Source: Candidatus Brocadiia bacterium (GTDB lineage: Bacteria; Planctomycetota; MHYJ01; JACQXL01). From it: 64,000 nucleotides of DNA. The notes beneath the pieces are model-generated. The model made no database searches and was not told where the DNA came from. It was given only the letters and a program-made list of their open reading frames with translations. Position 1 is the first letter of the stretch. The number at the start of each line of letters is the position of its first letter. Below are positions 48,375-60,795 of the stretch, piece after piece. Position numbers and translations under genes: made by a program. The stretch spans positions 119,029 to 183,028 of the forward strand of contig JBBAAP010000002.1 in NCBI GenBank assembly GCA_041658285.1, in the 5' to 3' direction.

Positions 48375-49307
48375 ATGCTTAATCTATTAGAATTAGTCAC
48401 TGCCGCCCTGTTTATCGGAGTTGTATTCTCCGTATTCACCGCCGGATTCATCGTCATCATCGCCAAGCGATGTTTTATCAAGTCGTCACCTGATAAAAAA
48501 CCCGATTTCCTGGATAAGCCTAAAATCAAGTTTACCATCATCGCCTTAGCCATCATAGGCATCGTCTGCATCCTTTACGGCTACTTTATCGAACCGAACT
48601 GGATAAAGGTTACCAATCTTAAATTAGTTTCTCCTAAAATAGGCGGCGGAGGCAAAACCGTCCGGATTGTCCATATCTCGGATTTGCATATCGAATCTGA
48701 AGGCCGGCGCGAGCTGGCCGCGCCGGAACTGATAAATAGCCAAAACCCTCAAATTATTATCCTGACCGGCGATTACCTCAACGACGAAAAAGGCCGTCTC
48801 TATCTGGCAAACTTCCTATCCAAACTCAAAGCGCCCTACGGCATCTATGCCGTGCCGGGTAATTTCGAGTGGCGCTACAAAAGCGATGACATCCTGGCCG
48901 CAAACGGAGTCCTGTCAGGCAACAACATCAGCATCAACCTGGATAACCTTAATGTATGCCTGTATCTCTGCGGACTGAATAGTCCAACCCTACCCGAAAC
49001 GCTCGATCCTAAGCAGTATAACATATTTGTATTCCACAGCCCAGACCTGATACCCGAAGCCACGGCAAAGGGATTTGACCTGTATCTGGGCGGGCATACG
49101 CACGGCGGCCAGGTGCGTCTGCCCTTTTACGGCGCCCTGATTACATTCTCTAAATATGGCAAAAAATACGAGATGGGTTATTATAAGGAAAACCACATGA
49201 ACGCCTACATCAACAGCGGGCTGGGTATGGAAGGCGGGTTTGCGCCCAGGGTGAGATTCCTGTCCCGGCCGGAAATCGCGATCATAGATATTGTGACACC
49301 AGAATGA
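48375..49307 (+). CDS. Membrane-anchored metallophosphoesterase (YkuE-like)
   Basis: HISDLH, LTGDY, VPGN, HSPD, GHTHGGQ, RPEI. Confidence 0.9.
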   Translation: MLNLLELVTAALFIGVVFSVFTAGFIVIIAKRCFIKSSPDKKPDFLDKPKIKFTIIALAIIGIVCILYGYFIEPNWIKVTNLKLVSPKIGGGGKTVRIVHISDLHIESEGRRELAAPELINSQNPQIIILTGDYLNDEKGRLYLANFLSKLKAPYGIYAVPGNFEWRYKSDDILAANGVLSGNNISINLDNLNVCLYLCGLNSPTLPETLDPKQYNIFVFHSPDLIPEATAKGFDLYLGGHTHGGQVRLPFYGALITFSKYGKKYEMGYYKENHMNAYINSGLGMEGGFAPRVRFLSRPEIAIIDIVTPE

Positions 49308-50029
49308 ATAATTATCAGTCTGCTTGGCAAGAAAAGGCAAATCTTCTGCCGGATGAGATATTCAGCCGGATAAACCCGGCTGTTTTAACCTCGGCATTAA
49401 AGCTCAGGGCCTTCATTTCCGGCCCCGGCGCCGAGTTATTCCTGCCCCGGCTGGCCAACACCAAGGTCTTCCTGGTCAACCCGCTGGCGCCGCCGCCGGA
49501 GGGACATACGGCCACCGTGCTCAAAGGCGAGCCACTAACCAAACTCGGCGTATTCCCGCCGGAAACTTTCCACCTGGTCGTAAGCCTCTGGGATATCCAG
49601 ACTAAACCGGCAGAGGCGTTCAAAACCATATACAAATCGCTCAAGAAAACAGGATTTGCCGGCATCGTTACTCTCCAGGACAACGCCCCGAAAGTCCCCT
49701 TAAACATATTCAAAAGCATATTACGCCGCCACCGCGATTGGTCCTTGCGGATGTTCGAATCGGAATTGCCGCCGTCCAAAGACCATCTCCGGGCCATGCT
49801 TGACAAATCCGGCTTCGGCGATGTCCGGGTCTGGAAAGACGCCATCACCTGCGACTATAAAACGGCACAAGATGTCTACGATGAACTTACCCAAAAGACC
49901 AGCGGTCTGTTTAGGGATGAAATCCTTCCGGCGGTGCGGAACACCATCAGGCAGGAGTTCCTGAAAGAAATGTCCAGCCAATCGCTTCAGGTCAAATACG
50001 ATTTCCTCGGCGCGGTCTGCCGCAAGTAA
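49304..50029 (+). CDS. Hypothetical protein, divergent SAM-methyltransferase-like fold
   Basis: ETFHLVVS..LKKTG and GFGDV segments resemble a class I MTase C-terminal half; no clear motif I. Confidence 0.45.
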   Translation: MNNYQSAWQEKANLLPDEIFSRINPAVLTSALKLRAFISGPGAELFLPRLANTKVFLVNPLAPPPEGHTATVLKGEPLTKLGVFPPETFHLVVSLWDIQTKPAEAFKTIYKSLKKTGFAGIVTLQDNAPKVPLNIFKSILRRHRDWSLRMFESELPPSKDHLRAMLDKSGFGDVRVWKDAITCDYKTAQDVYDELTQKTSGLFRDEILPAVRNTIRQEFLKEMSSQSLQVKYDFLGAVCRK

Positions 50030-50037
50030 CCGCCCGT

Positions 50038-50556
50038 CTAGCGGTCAAAATAAATGCTCTTGCCCGAAGCCGAAATCGGTATGCCCAGGACGTAATCCGA
50101 ATCTATCAGCTTCATCTGTCGGGCAATAACACCAACACGATACATAATCCGGCTGTCGGCGTTAAGGATACCGGCCGTTTTGGCGGCCGAGCCCAGGGCG
50201 ATGCCCAAATCCAGCAGGCGGTAAGCGCAGTAAGGCCCCTTAAATTCCGGACCTTCCTTGACAGCCGGCAATTTGGCGCATTCAGGATAGCCGCAGGCGC
50301 CGCAGTTAAGCCCGACCGTTTTGGAATCCTTCAACCCGACCAACACCAGCGCGTCCGACTTGGCGATGTTATTGCCGTCCCGGTCGAAGTTCTTCTTTCC
50401 GGTCTTGGCGCCGTAGGTAATCATTTCACGGGACAGATTGGCCAGCACCTGGCCGGTAAGTATTTCTATTTTGACGAAATCCTGCCCGGCCGACTTGGGC
50501 GCGGTCCGGGCCGCCACGGCCATCATCTGGGCAATGGTTTCAAGGTATTCTTTCAT
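50038..50556 (-). CDS. Ferredoxin-domain-containing protein (DUF2148-like)
   Basis: MAVAARTAPK, FDRDG, NCGACGY..C, C....DLGIALGSA. Confidence 0.8.
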   Translation of the reverse strand: MKEYLETIAQMMAVAARTAPKSAGQDFVKIEILTGQVLANLSREMITYGAKTGKKNFDRDGNNIAKSDALVLVGLKDSKTVGLNCGACGYPECAKLPAVKEGPEFKGPYCAYRLLDLGIALGSAAKTAGILNADSRIMYRVGVIARQMKLIDSDYVLGIPISASGKSIYFDR

Positions 50557-50640
50557 GGTAAATATCCTTTCTTAGTGAATCCATATAACCACAAAGGCAC
50601 AAAGAACACAAAGAATTATTATATTTTAATTTTCCATATT

Positions 50641-50680
50641 AAAAAGAAAAGGGCGGATTCAAATCAATGAATCCGCCCTC
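50641..50680 (-). terminator. Terminator of the 23S-5S operon
   Basis: gggcggattc/gaatccgccc stem plus a T-run on the minus strand. Confidence 0.8.
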
Positions 50681-50690
50681 GAGTATAGCA

Positions 50691-50811
50691 CCCCGGCAGT
50701 GACCTACTTTCCCACCGAATAAATCATCAGTAGTATCATTGGCCCCAAGGGCTTAACGGCCGTATTCGAGATGGGAACGGGTGTGGCCCCTTGGGAATTG
50801 GACCACCGGGA
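50691..50811 (-). rRNA. rrf: 5S rRNA
   Basis: CCCGGTGG...ACACCCGTTCCCATCTCGAATAC..GTTAAGC..GGGAAAGTAGGTCACTGCCGGG. Confidence 0.93.
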
Positions 50812-50912
50812 GTTAAAAATAAAACGTACAATACGCTGGCAGCTTTAAGCAGCTATTACTGCCAGTCATAGCCGGCTTTAACAGCCGACTATATGGGCTC
50901 AAGGATAAAAAA

Positions 50913-53946
<3,034 letters not shown>

Positions 53947-53988
53947 TTTTTTATCCTAAAGCCCATTGTTATTGCACTAATTACCAAA

Positions 53989-54000
53989 TTTTCAAAGAAC
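53989..54000 (-). promoter_or_regulatory. rrn boxA antitermination site
   Basis: GTTCTTTGAAAA in the 23S leader. Confidence 0.75.
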
Positions 54001-54064
54001 GACCTTAACTGCCGGGACTATTCCCCTGTTACAAGGAATAATTTTATCGGCAAACAAGTCTGGT

Positions 54065-54093
54065 ACATTAGCAAACGGAAAAGTCCTTGTCAA
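54065..54093 (-). promoter_or_regulatory. sigma70 promoter of the 23S-5S operon
   Basis: TTGACA-17 nt-TAATGT with an AT-rich upstream region. Confidence 0.8.
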
Positions 54094-54345
54094 GTATTTT
54101 TATTGTTTTATAAAAAAATATATTAACCGCGGATTTTACGGGTTTAATAAATTTACTATTATACATTTAATCAGACAAATATGCAGTTTGTGTTTATTCA
54201 TGATTTTATAGATAACACCTTATGCGAATCACGATCAAAACCATTCAAAATTTTAGGGGCTTGACTGTACTTACCCTGAAACAAACCAAAATCTGCCCTG
54301 CAAAAATGGCATATCCACTATGAAATGCCAAGGTGTACAGAAATT

Positions 54346-54697
54346 GATTTATAGTAGTTATGAATAAGATTTATGATGGTTACGGACAGAATTCATAGTG
54401 ATTATGAATAAGATTTATACTAGTTATGGGCATGATTTATGATGCTTATGAATAAGATTTATAGTGGTTATGGACAGGATTTATAATGGTTATGAACAGA
54501 ATTTATGATGGTTATGAATAAAACTTATAGTAGTTACGAACAGGATTTATACTGGTTATAAATAAAACTTATAGTGGTTATGAACAGGATTAATAATGGT
54601 TATGAATAAGATTTATAGTGGTTATGAACAGGATTTATAATGGTTACGAATAAGACTTATAATGGTTATTAACAAGATTTATAGTGGTTATGGATAA
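54346..54697. repeat. Tandem array of sixteen degenerate 22-bp units
   Basis: Consensus gatttatagtggttatgaa(c/t)a(g/a); units every 22 bp from 54346 to 54676 with no indels. Confidence 0.95.
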
Positions 54698-54916
54698 GTA
54701 TCCAGGTGGTATAGGGGTAGGGTACCCCCACCCCCTTGAGCCAAATATGCATTATATTAGGATTTAGGCGCGAAAAAAAACTTATTTGCCGAAAACAGCA
54801 CATGGGAAAGGGCTAAATTACTGCGTTATTATGCCAGAGACAGCATGCCAAAGGCAGACAAGAATTCCGTTTCGAGAGAACAAAATCCAGTGGTCTATCC
54901 CGCCTACCACCCCTAC

Positions 54917-55570
54917 TCACACTTTTCCCTTATCAGGCTTCGAGCGGTGGCGCCAGAATTCTATGGCCACCGGCAGTACGGAAATGATTATTATGGCCAG
55001 TATCACCAGCGAAAAGTTGTTCTTGACGAACGGCACATTGCCGAAATAGTATCCGGCGCCGATGAAAAGCCCCACCCATAAAACGGCGCCGATGACGTTG
55101 GCCGTAAAGAAATACAAATAGCCCATCTTGCCCATGCCGGCCACGAACGGCGCAAAGGTGCGGACAATCGGAACGAACCGGGTCAGGATGATGGTCTTGC
55201 GCCCGTGCTTTTCGTAAAACCGGTGCGTCCGGTCCAGGTATTCTTTCCTGAATATGCGGGATTTATCGTCCTTGAACAGCCTCTGGCCGAACAGTCGGCC
55301 AACGGCGTAGTTGACGGTGTTGCCGATTATGGCCGCCGCGGTCAGCAATAGGAACAGCCACCAGGAATTGAAAGAACCGGTGGCGGCAAACGCGCCGGCC
55401 GCAAAGAGCAATGAATCACCGGGCAGGAACGGCGTGACCACGAATCCGGTCTCAGAGAAAATAATCAAGGCCAGCAGGCCGTAAGACCATACCCCGAAGT
55501 TCTGGATGATAACACTGAGGTATTTGTCCACGTGGAGGACGAAATCTATGCCGTTTTTAATAAAGTCCAT
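54917..55570 (-). CDS. DedA (SNARE-associated/VTT) family membrane protein
   Basis: FSETG..PFLPGDSLLFAAGA, RFVPIVRTFAPFVAG. Confidence 0.95.
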   Translation of the reverse strand: MDFIKNGIDFVLHVDKYLSVIIQNFGVWSYGLLALIIFSETGFVVTPFLPGDSLLFAAGAFAATGSFNSWWLFLLLTAAAIIGNTVNYAVGRLFGQRLFKDDKSRIFRKEYLDRTHRFYEKHGRKTIILTRFVPIVRTFAPFVAGMGKMGYLYFFTANVIGAVLWVGLFIGAGYYFGNVPFVKNNFSLVILAIIIISVLPVAIEFWRHRSKPDKGKV

Positions 55571-55603
55571 TTTCTTTTACCTTTATTATTACAAGAGGCT
55601 ACT

Positions 55604-55701
55604 CTCTGCCAATAACTCGTTATACTCGAACTGCCCTAATCCCACTCCGCTACGCTTCGGGGATAACGTGGCAGTAACTCGCTTCGCTCGAACTGCCACT
55701 A
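55604..55701 (-). repeat. Two family A units; the first TAG is the livF stop codon
   Basis: TAGTGGCAGTT-cgagcGAAgcga-GTTACTGCCACGTTAT-cccc..ggga-TTAGGGCAGTT-cgagtataacga-GTTATTGGCA. Confidence 0.8.
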
Positions 55702-56403
55702 ACCCCCCAGGTACGCTTCTATAACCTTAGGATTATGCAACAACGCCTGGGCTTTGTCAGTCAGGGTTATCCGGCCGGTTTCCATAACATATCCGCGATG
55801 GGCCACCTGCAACGCCATCCGGGCGTTCTGCTCGACCAGCAATATAGTCGTGCCGGACTTGTTTAATTCTTTGATTATGTCGAATATCCGGGTGACGATG
55901 ATGGGCGCCAGGCCGAGCGACGGCTCGTCCAGCAACAACAGCTTGGGCCGGGCCATCAGCGCCCGGGCGATGGCCAGCATCTGCTGTTCACCGCCGGAAA
56001 GAGTACCGCCCAACTGGCCGGACCGCTCTTTCAATATCGGGAACAGCCCGAAAACCCGCTCCAGGTCCGGCTTGATGGCCTCGGTATCGGTCCGGACGAA
56101 TGCGCCCATCTGCAGGTTTTCCAGCACGGTCAGGCGCGGGAAGATGCGCCGGCCTTCGGGTATCTGGGCGATACCTTTGGCCACTATCTGGTGCGCCGGC
56201 AGATGGTCTATCGGCTGACCCTCGAAGGTTATCGATCCACGACTGAGCTGGTTGATGCCGGATATAGCCATCAGGGTGGTGGTCTTGCCGGCCCCGTTGG
56301 CGCCGATGATGGTGACAATTTCGCCGGCATTGACCTCGAAGGAGATTCCCTTCAAAACCTCTATCGGCCCGTACCCGCTATGTATGTCAGTCAGTTTGAG
56401 CAT
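55699..56403 (-). CDS. livF: Branched-chain amino acid ABC transporter ATPase
   Basis: GANGAGKTT, PEGRRIF, LSGGEQQML, LLDEPS, EAYLG. Confidence 0.95.
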   Translation of the reverse strand: MLKLTDIHSGYGPIEVLKGISFEVNAGEIVTIIGANGAGKTTTLMAISGINQLSRGSITFEGQPIDHLPAHQIVAKGIAQIPEGRRIFPRLTVLENLQMGAFVRTDTEAIKPDLERVFGLFPILKERSGQLGGTLSGGEQQMLAIARALMARPKLLLLDEPSLGLAPIIVTRIFDIIKELNKSGTTILLVEQNARMALQVAHRGYVMETGRITLTDKAQALLHNPKVIEAYLGG

Positions 56404-56413
56404 AATCAATACA

Positions 56414-56481
56414 ACCACGAAAACACGAAATAACTAAATCACTAAATATTTCGCATCTTCTTACTTTCGCGCTTTCGTGGT
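56414..56481. repeat. Family C inverted repeat in the livG-livF spacer
   Basis: accacgaaaacacgaaa...tttcgcgctttcgtggt. Confidence 0.65.
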
Positions 56482-56485
56482 AAAA

Positions 56486-57391
56486 TTAGTGGTTGTTATC
56501 CTTTCCTAAATAGGCCTCTATTACCTTGGGGTCGCACTGGACGTCTTTGCAGGTGCCTTCGGCTATCTTTACGCCGTGGTCAAGCACGCAGACCCGGTCG
56601 GAGATACCCATAACCACCTTCATATGATGCTCTATCAGGAGCACGGTGATGCCGCTGTCGCGTATCTTGCGTATCAGTGCCATCAGCTCGTTGGTCTCGG
56701 TCGGGTTCATCCCGGCGCCAGGCTCATCCAGGCACAACAGTTGCGGACGGGTGGCCATGGCCCGTGCTATTTCCAGCCGGCGCTGGTCGCCGTAAGCCAG
56801 GTTGCGCGCCCAGACGTTGGCCTTGTTCACCCCGTTAGAGATACAACTCGTTCTATTTGATATGTTTCCTTTAGTTTTATCATCTGCTAAAGTAGAGGTC
56901 GGTGTTGCCGATTTGCGGTCGTCTCTCTGGAACGACCTATCTCTAACGGGGTCCACCAACCCGACGAACCGGAGCAGTTCCAGCGCCTGTTCGGTGATGC
57001 TCTTTTCCTCGCGGACCATTCCCGGATGCCTAACTAAGGCCGAAAATACCCCGCAGCCGGTCCGGCAATGCATGCCGACCATAACGTTTTCCAGCGCGGT
57101 CATCTCGGCGAACAGCCGGATGTTCTGGAACGTCCGGCAAACGCCCAGCCGGGTTATCTGGTATGCCCTCAGCCCGGTGATATCACGGTCATTAAATACT
57201 ATCTGCCCGGCCGTGGGCGCGTAAAGCCCGGTAAGGCAGTTAAAGAGCGTGGTCTTGCCGGCGCCGTTCGGTCCGATGATGCTCAGGATTTCGCCCTTGC
57301 GCAGGTCAAAACTCATGTCCTGCAAAGCGGCCAGCCCGCCAAAGGACTTCGAGACTGATTTGGCTTCGAGCAATATATTATTATTCATCAT
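56486..57391 (-). CDS. livG: Branched-chain amino acid ABC transporter ATPase with a 42-aa in-frame insertion
   Basis: GPNGAGKTT, RTFQNIRLF, LAYGDQRRLEIARA, LDEPGAG, DPKVIEAYLG; insert between GLV and NKANVW. Confidence 0.93.
   Translation of the reverse strand: MMNNNILLEAKSVSKSFGGLAALQDMSFDLRKGEILSIIGPNGAGKTTLFNCLTGLYAPTAGQIVFNDRDITGLRAYQITRLGVCRTFQNIRLFAEMTALENVMVGMHCRTGCGVFSALVRHPGMVREEKSITEQALELLRFVGLVDPVRDRSFQRDDRKSATPTSTLADDKTKGNISNRTSCISNGVNKANVWARNLAYGDQRRLEIARAMATRPQLLCLDEPGAGMNPTETNELMALIRKIRDSGITVLLIEHHMKVVMGISDRVCVLDHGVKIAEGTCKDVQCDPKVIEAYLGKDNNH
56831..56950. mobile_element. 120-bp MITE-like element (family B) inserted in frame in livG
   Basis: 13-bp perfect terminal inverted repeat (TIR) cccgttagagata/tatctctaacggg (15 bp with flanks); flanking 6-mers gtggac/gtgaac on the minus strand; net +126 nt. 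Confidence 0.85.
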
Positions 57392-57393
57392 AT

Positions 57394-58608
57394 CTAATCC
57401 GCCGTTTCAGCGGTCAGTTCCACCTGCCGGCGCTTACTGCTGATTAAGCCCTGTGGCCTGAATAGCATCATCAGCACCATAGTGGCGCCGTATATCAACA
57501 GCCGGTAGTCCTGGAACGCCGGCATCTGGTCACGGATAAACCAGGGCAGGATGAACAGGATTACCGCTCCTAAAATTACGCCCAGGGTGTTTCCCATTCC
57601 ACCCAGGATGACCATGGCCAAAATCAGTGCCGACTGTTCGAACCGGAACGCTTCCGGGGTGATGTAGTTCATCTTGGCCGCGTAGAGTACTCCGGCAAAC
57701 CCGGCCCAGACGGCGCTGATGACGAAAGCCAGGATTTTTAACTGAGTGGTGTTGATGCCCATACTGGTGGCGGCCATCTCGTCTTCGCGCAGGGCTATCC
57801 AGGCCCGGCCTATGCGAGAATTATTGAGACGCCCTATTATGACCACGGTCAGGATGACCATAATAAAGGTCAGGTAATAGTAATGGAGCGGCTGTTTCAG
57901 GACCCAGCCGAATATTTCCGGATGGTTGATTTTGCCGCTGAGCAGTTCGTTGGGCAGGCCTTTTTCGCCTCCGGTCAGGTTGGGCAGGTTCTTGAGCAGG
58001 TAGCGGACCAGCTCACCGAAGCCGAGCGTGACGATGGCCAGGTAATCACCGCGCAGGCGCAGGCAGGGTAATCCGACAATCAGCCCGCACAGCCCGGTCA
58101 CCACCGCAGCCAGGACCAGCCCCAGCCAGAACGGGCAATTGAGCATGATGGAGGCCAGCGCGAAGGTATAAGCGCCGATGGCCCAGAACCCGGCATAGCC
58201 CAGCACCAGCAGTCCGGCCGAGCCGACCACGATATTCAGACCCAGGGCCAATATTATGTAAATGCCGGTGTCAATGGCCAGGTTGAGGTGCTTGCCCGGG
58301 AGCACCCAGGGAATCACGGACAGGACGACCAGCAGTGCCACTACTTCCAATTTTACGGCGGCCGGTTTGGCCATCTTCTCGGTGGTATAGCGGAAAGGTT
58401 CGGCCAGGAGCGAGCCCAGCTTGGCAAGACCTTTCCACCGGCTAAAACCCAACCAGGCCAAACCGCCGACCAGAACCAAGGCGCTGATAACTACCGGACC
58501 GATGCGCCATACGACGCCGTCATCGACCATCTTTATCCCGACGATGGGCAGGGTTATCAGCCCCATCCACAATGCCATCAAGAATACTTTTTTGAAAGTC
58601 AGTTTCAT
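57394..58608 (-). CDS. livM: Branched-chain amino acid ABC transporter permease
   Basis: LGLNIVVG.AGLL.LGY, LRLRGDYLAIVTLGFGE, GRAWIALREDE. Confidence 0.95.
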   Translation of the reverse strand: MKLTFKKVFLMALWMGLITLPIVGIKMVDDGVVWRIGPVVISALVLVGGLAWLGFSRWKGLAKLGSLLAEPFRYTTEKMAKPAAVKLEVVALLVVLSVIPWVLPGKHLNLAIDTGIYIILALGLNIVVGSAGLLVLGYAGFWAIGAYTFALASIMLNCPFWLGLVLAAVVTGLCGLIVGLPCLRLRGDYLAIVTLGFGELVRYLLKNLPNLTGGEKGLPNELLSGKINHPEIFGWVLKQPLHYYYLTFIMVILTVVIIGRLNNSRIGRAWIALREDEMAATSMGINTTQLKILAFVISAVWAGFAGVLYAAKMNYITPEAFRFEQSALILAMVILGGMGNTLGVILGAVILFILPWFIRDQMPAFQDYRLLIYGATMVLMMLFRPQGLISSKRRQVELTAETAD

Positions 58609-58609
58609 A

Positions 58610-59521
58610 CTATGCTTTGTCGGCCAGCCGTTCGCCCAACAGTCCTCTGGGCCGGATAATCAATACCAGCATCAGGATAACGAAGGCGTAGACCTCTTTG
58701 TAATCAGGCGAGATATAAGCCACGCCCAAGGTTTCGACTATGCCAAGCAGGAACCCGCCCAGCATGGCACCGGGAATGTTGCCAATGCCGCCCAGGACGG
58801 CCGCGGTAAAGGCCTTAATACCGGTCATATAACCGACATCAAAACGGGTGGTGGAAATATACATAGAGACCATCACGCCGCCGGCCGCGGCCAATGCCGA
58901 GCCGATGATGAACGTCAGGGCGATGATCCTGTTTATGTCAATGCCGACCAGTGCGGCCATCTTCTTGTCCTGAGCCGTGGCCCGCATGGCCCGGCCGACC
59001 TTGGTCCGGCTGATGAACAGGTGCAAGCCGAGCATTATCAGTATGCACGAAACGATGATGACTATTTCCAGAAGGGATATCCGGGCCGAGCCGACCAGGT
59101 AAGGGTGGCTGGTGAGCGGTTCCTTGAAGAATGCCGGGAAGGCCTTATTCTCCTTGCCCTGGGCGACCATAATGTAGTTCTGCAGGAAGGTGGACATGCC
59201 GATGGCGCTGATAAGAGCGGACAGCACCGGCGCGTGGCGCAGGCGGCGGTAAGCCACCTTTTCAATGGTGAAGCCATATCCGGCGGCAAAGGCGACGCTG
59301 ATAATCAGCGCGATGAACAGGCACAGGATTGGCAGGCCGGCAATCGGGGCGAAGGTGGATAGCACAGCCAGCGAAATGATGCCCAGATAAGCGCCAATCA
59401 TATAGATTTCGCCGTGGGCGAAGTTAATCATCCCGAGTATGCCGTAGACCATTGTGTAGCCGAGGGCAATCAGCGCATAGATACCGCCCTGAATCAAGCC
59501 GTTGACTAAATGTTGCAGCAT
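58610..59521 (-). CDS. livH: Branched-chain amino acid ABC transporter permease
   Basis: LIALGYTMVYGILGMINFAHGE, GRAMRA, KAFTAAVLGGIG; start re-assigned to MLQHLV. Confidence 0.93.
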   Translation of the reverse strand: MLQHLVNGLIQGGIYALIALGYTMVYGILGMINFAHGEIYMIGAYLGIISLAVLSTFAPIAGLPILCLFIALIISVAFAAGYGFTIEKVAYRRLRHAPVLSALISAIGMSTFLQNYIMVAQGKENKAFPAFFKEPLTSHPYLVGSARISLLEIVIIVSCILIMLGLHLFISRTKVGRAMRATAQDKKMAALVGIDINRIIALTFIIGSALAAAGGVMVSMYISTTRFDVGYMTGIKAFTAAVLGGIGNIPGAMLGGFLLGIVETLGVAYISPDYKEVYAFVILMLVLIIRPRGLLGERLADKA

Positions 59522-59550
59522 ACTCTGGACGAACAGGCCTTTCTCCGGGT

Positions 59551-59608
59551 TAGTGGCAGCAGGAACGAAGTGACGTACTGCCACGTTATCCTAAACGAAG
59601 TCCATGGG
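59551..59608 (+). repeat. Family A unit in the livK-livH spacer
   Basis: TAGTGGCAG-[caggaacGAAgtgac]-GTACTGCCACGTTAT-cc... Confidence 0.7.
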
Positions 59609-59630
59609 AAACAGCCCTACTTTGGCTTGT

Positions 59631-59661
59631 CCCGTTTAGAGACAACAATGTCTCTAACGGG
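59631..59661. mobile_element. Short family B element supplying the livK stop codon
   Basis: cccgtttagagac-aacaat-gtctctaacggg. Confidence 0.7.
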
Positions 59662-60766
59662 GTTCGCAGGTAACTAATTTCCCGCCCTTGACTACCCACA
59701 TAATGTAATAGGAACTGGCCAGGTCGCCTTTGGCGTCAAACTGGACCTTGCCAATGGCGCCGTCGTAAGCGGTCTTCCTAATCTGCTCGGATACCTTGGC
59801 GCAGTCCGTGGTGCCGGCGGCCTGGATGGCGGACAGGATGATATTAGCCGCGTCATAAGCATAGATTGAATAAGGGCCGTACGGGCCGTATTTCTCACGA
59901 TATTTATCCAGGAACGACTTGGCTGAGGGGATGATTTCAGGGTCGCGTGAGAATGTCAAGTAAGAACCCTCGGCCGATGCGCCGGCCACCTTGAGGAAAA
60001 CCGGGTCAAACACGCCGTCGCCGCTCATGAAAGCCGCGGTCAAACCGGCTTCGCGCGCCTGGACCATCATCGGACCGGCCTGGTTGTACATCCCGCCGAA
60101 GAACAGCAGCTCCGGATTGGTCTCCTTGACGGCGCTGATGATGGGCTTGAAGTTAAGCTCTTCCTTGGGGAACCCGCCGTAATAAACGACTTCGGCGTTT
60201 GTGCCCAGCGCTTTCTTGAACTCATCGGCCAGCCCCTGGCCGTATTGGGTCTTGTCGTGCAGGATGGCCACCTTCTTGACTTTCAACGTGCCTATCGCGT
60301 AATCAGCCGAGACTTTGCCCTGCTGGTCGTCACGGCCGCAGACCCGGAAAATATTGGCGAAATTACGGTCGGTTACGTAAGGATTGGTCGAGGACGGGGT
60401 AATCATGGGGATATTGGAATCGTGATAAACCACCGAAGCCGGTATGGTGCAGCCGCTGTTGAAATGCCCGACCACGCCGACGACACCTTCGCCGGCCAGT
60501 TCTTTGGCCACCGACTGGGCCTGCTGTTCCTGGGCCATGTCGTCGCGGGAAACGATGACGACTTTCTTGCCCAGGACGCCGCCTTTGGCGTTCCATTCCT
60601 CAACGGCCAACGTGGCGCCGTTAAGCACGTCGGTGCCCAACTTGGCCTGGTCACCGGTTAACGGGCCGGCCACGCCCAACTTGATGACATCAGTTTTTGT
60701 ACCGCAACCCAACAATATTATTGATAAACCAAAAGCCCATCCCCAAGTAATTACTTGCCTTTTCAT
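59654..60766 (-). CDS. livK: Branched-chain amino acid ABC transporter substrate-binding lipoprotein
   Basis: LLGC lipobox, GPLTG, VVGHFNSG, FRVCGRDDQQG, DKTQYGQGLA, YAYDAA. Confidence 0.93.
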   Translation of the reverse strand: MKRQVITWGWAFGLSIILLGCGTKTDVIKLGVAGPLTGDQAKLGTDVLNGATLAVEEWNAKGGVLGKKVVIVSRDDMAQEQQAQSVAKELAGEGVVGVVGHFNSGCTIPASVVYHDSNIPMITPSSTNPYVTDRNFANIFRVCGRDDQQGKVSADYAIGTLKVKKVAILHDKTQYGQGLADEFKKALGTNAEVVYYGGFPKEELNFKPIISAVKETNPELLFFGGMYNQAGPMMVQAREAGLTAAFMSGDGVFDPVFLKVAGASAEGSYLTFSRDPEIIPSAKSFLDKYREKYGPYGPYSIYAYDAANIILSAIQAAGTTDCAKVSEQIRKTAYDGAIGKVQFDAKGDLASSYYIMWVVKGGKLVTCEPR

Positions 60767-60795
60767 ATAATACCTCCTTAAATATCGTTTAATTA

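Noticed and set aside
54346-54697. CRISPR array or coding repeat
   Set aside because: No repeat-spacer alternation; the 22-bp period is not a multiple of 3; frequent stop codons on both strands.
54786-55081. ORFs 54786..55049 and 54845..55081
   Set aside because: Mostly antisense to dedA and without recognisable features.
56825-56950. Intein or group I/II intron in livG
   Set aside because: Only 42 aa/126 nt, lacks intein Cys/Ser...His-Asn termini and intron core structures; TIR plus duplication explain it better.
59522-59584. N-terminal extension MAVRHFVPAATNPEK of LivH
   Set aside because: It is the translation of a family A repeat upstream of the likely start, so it is not counted as an in-frame insertion.
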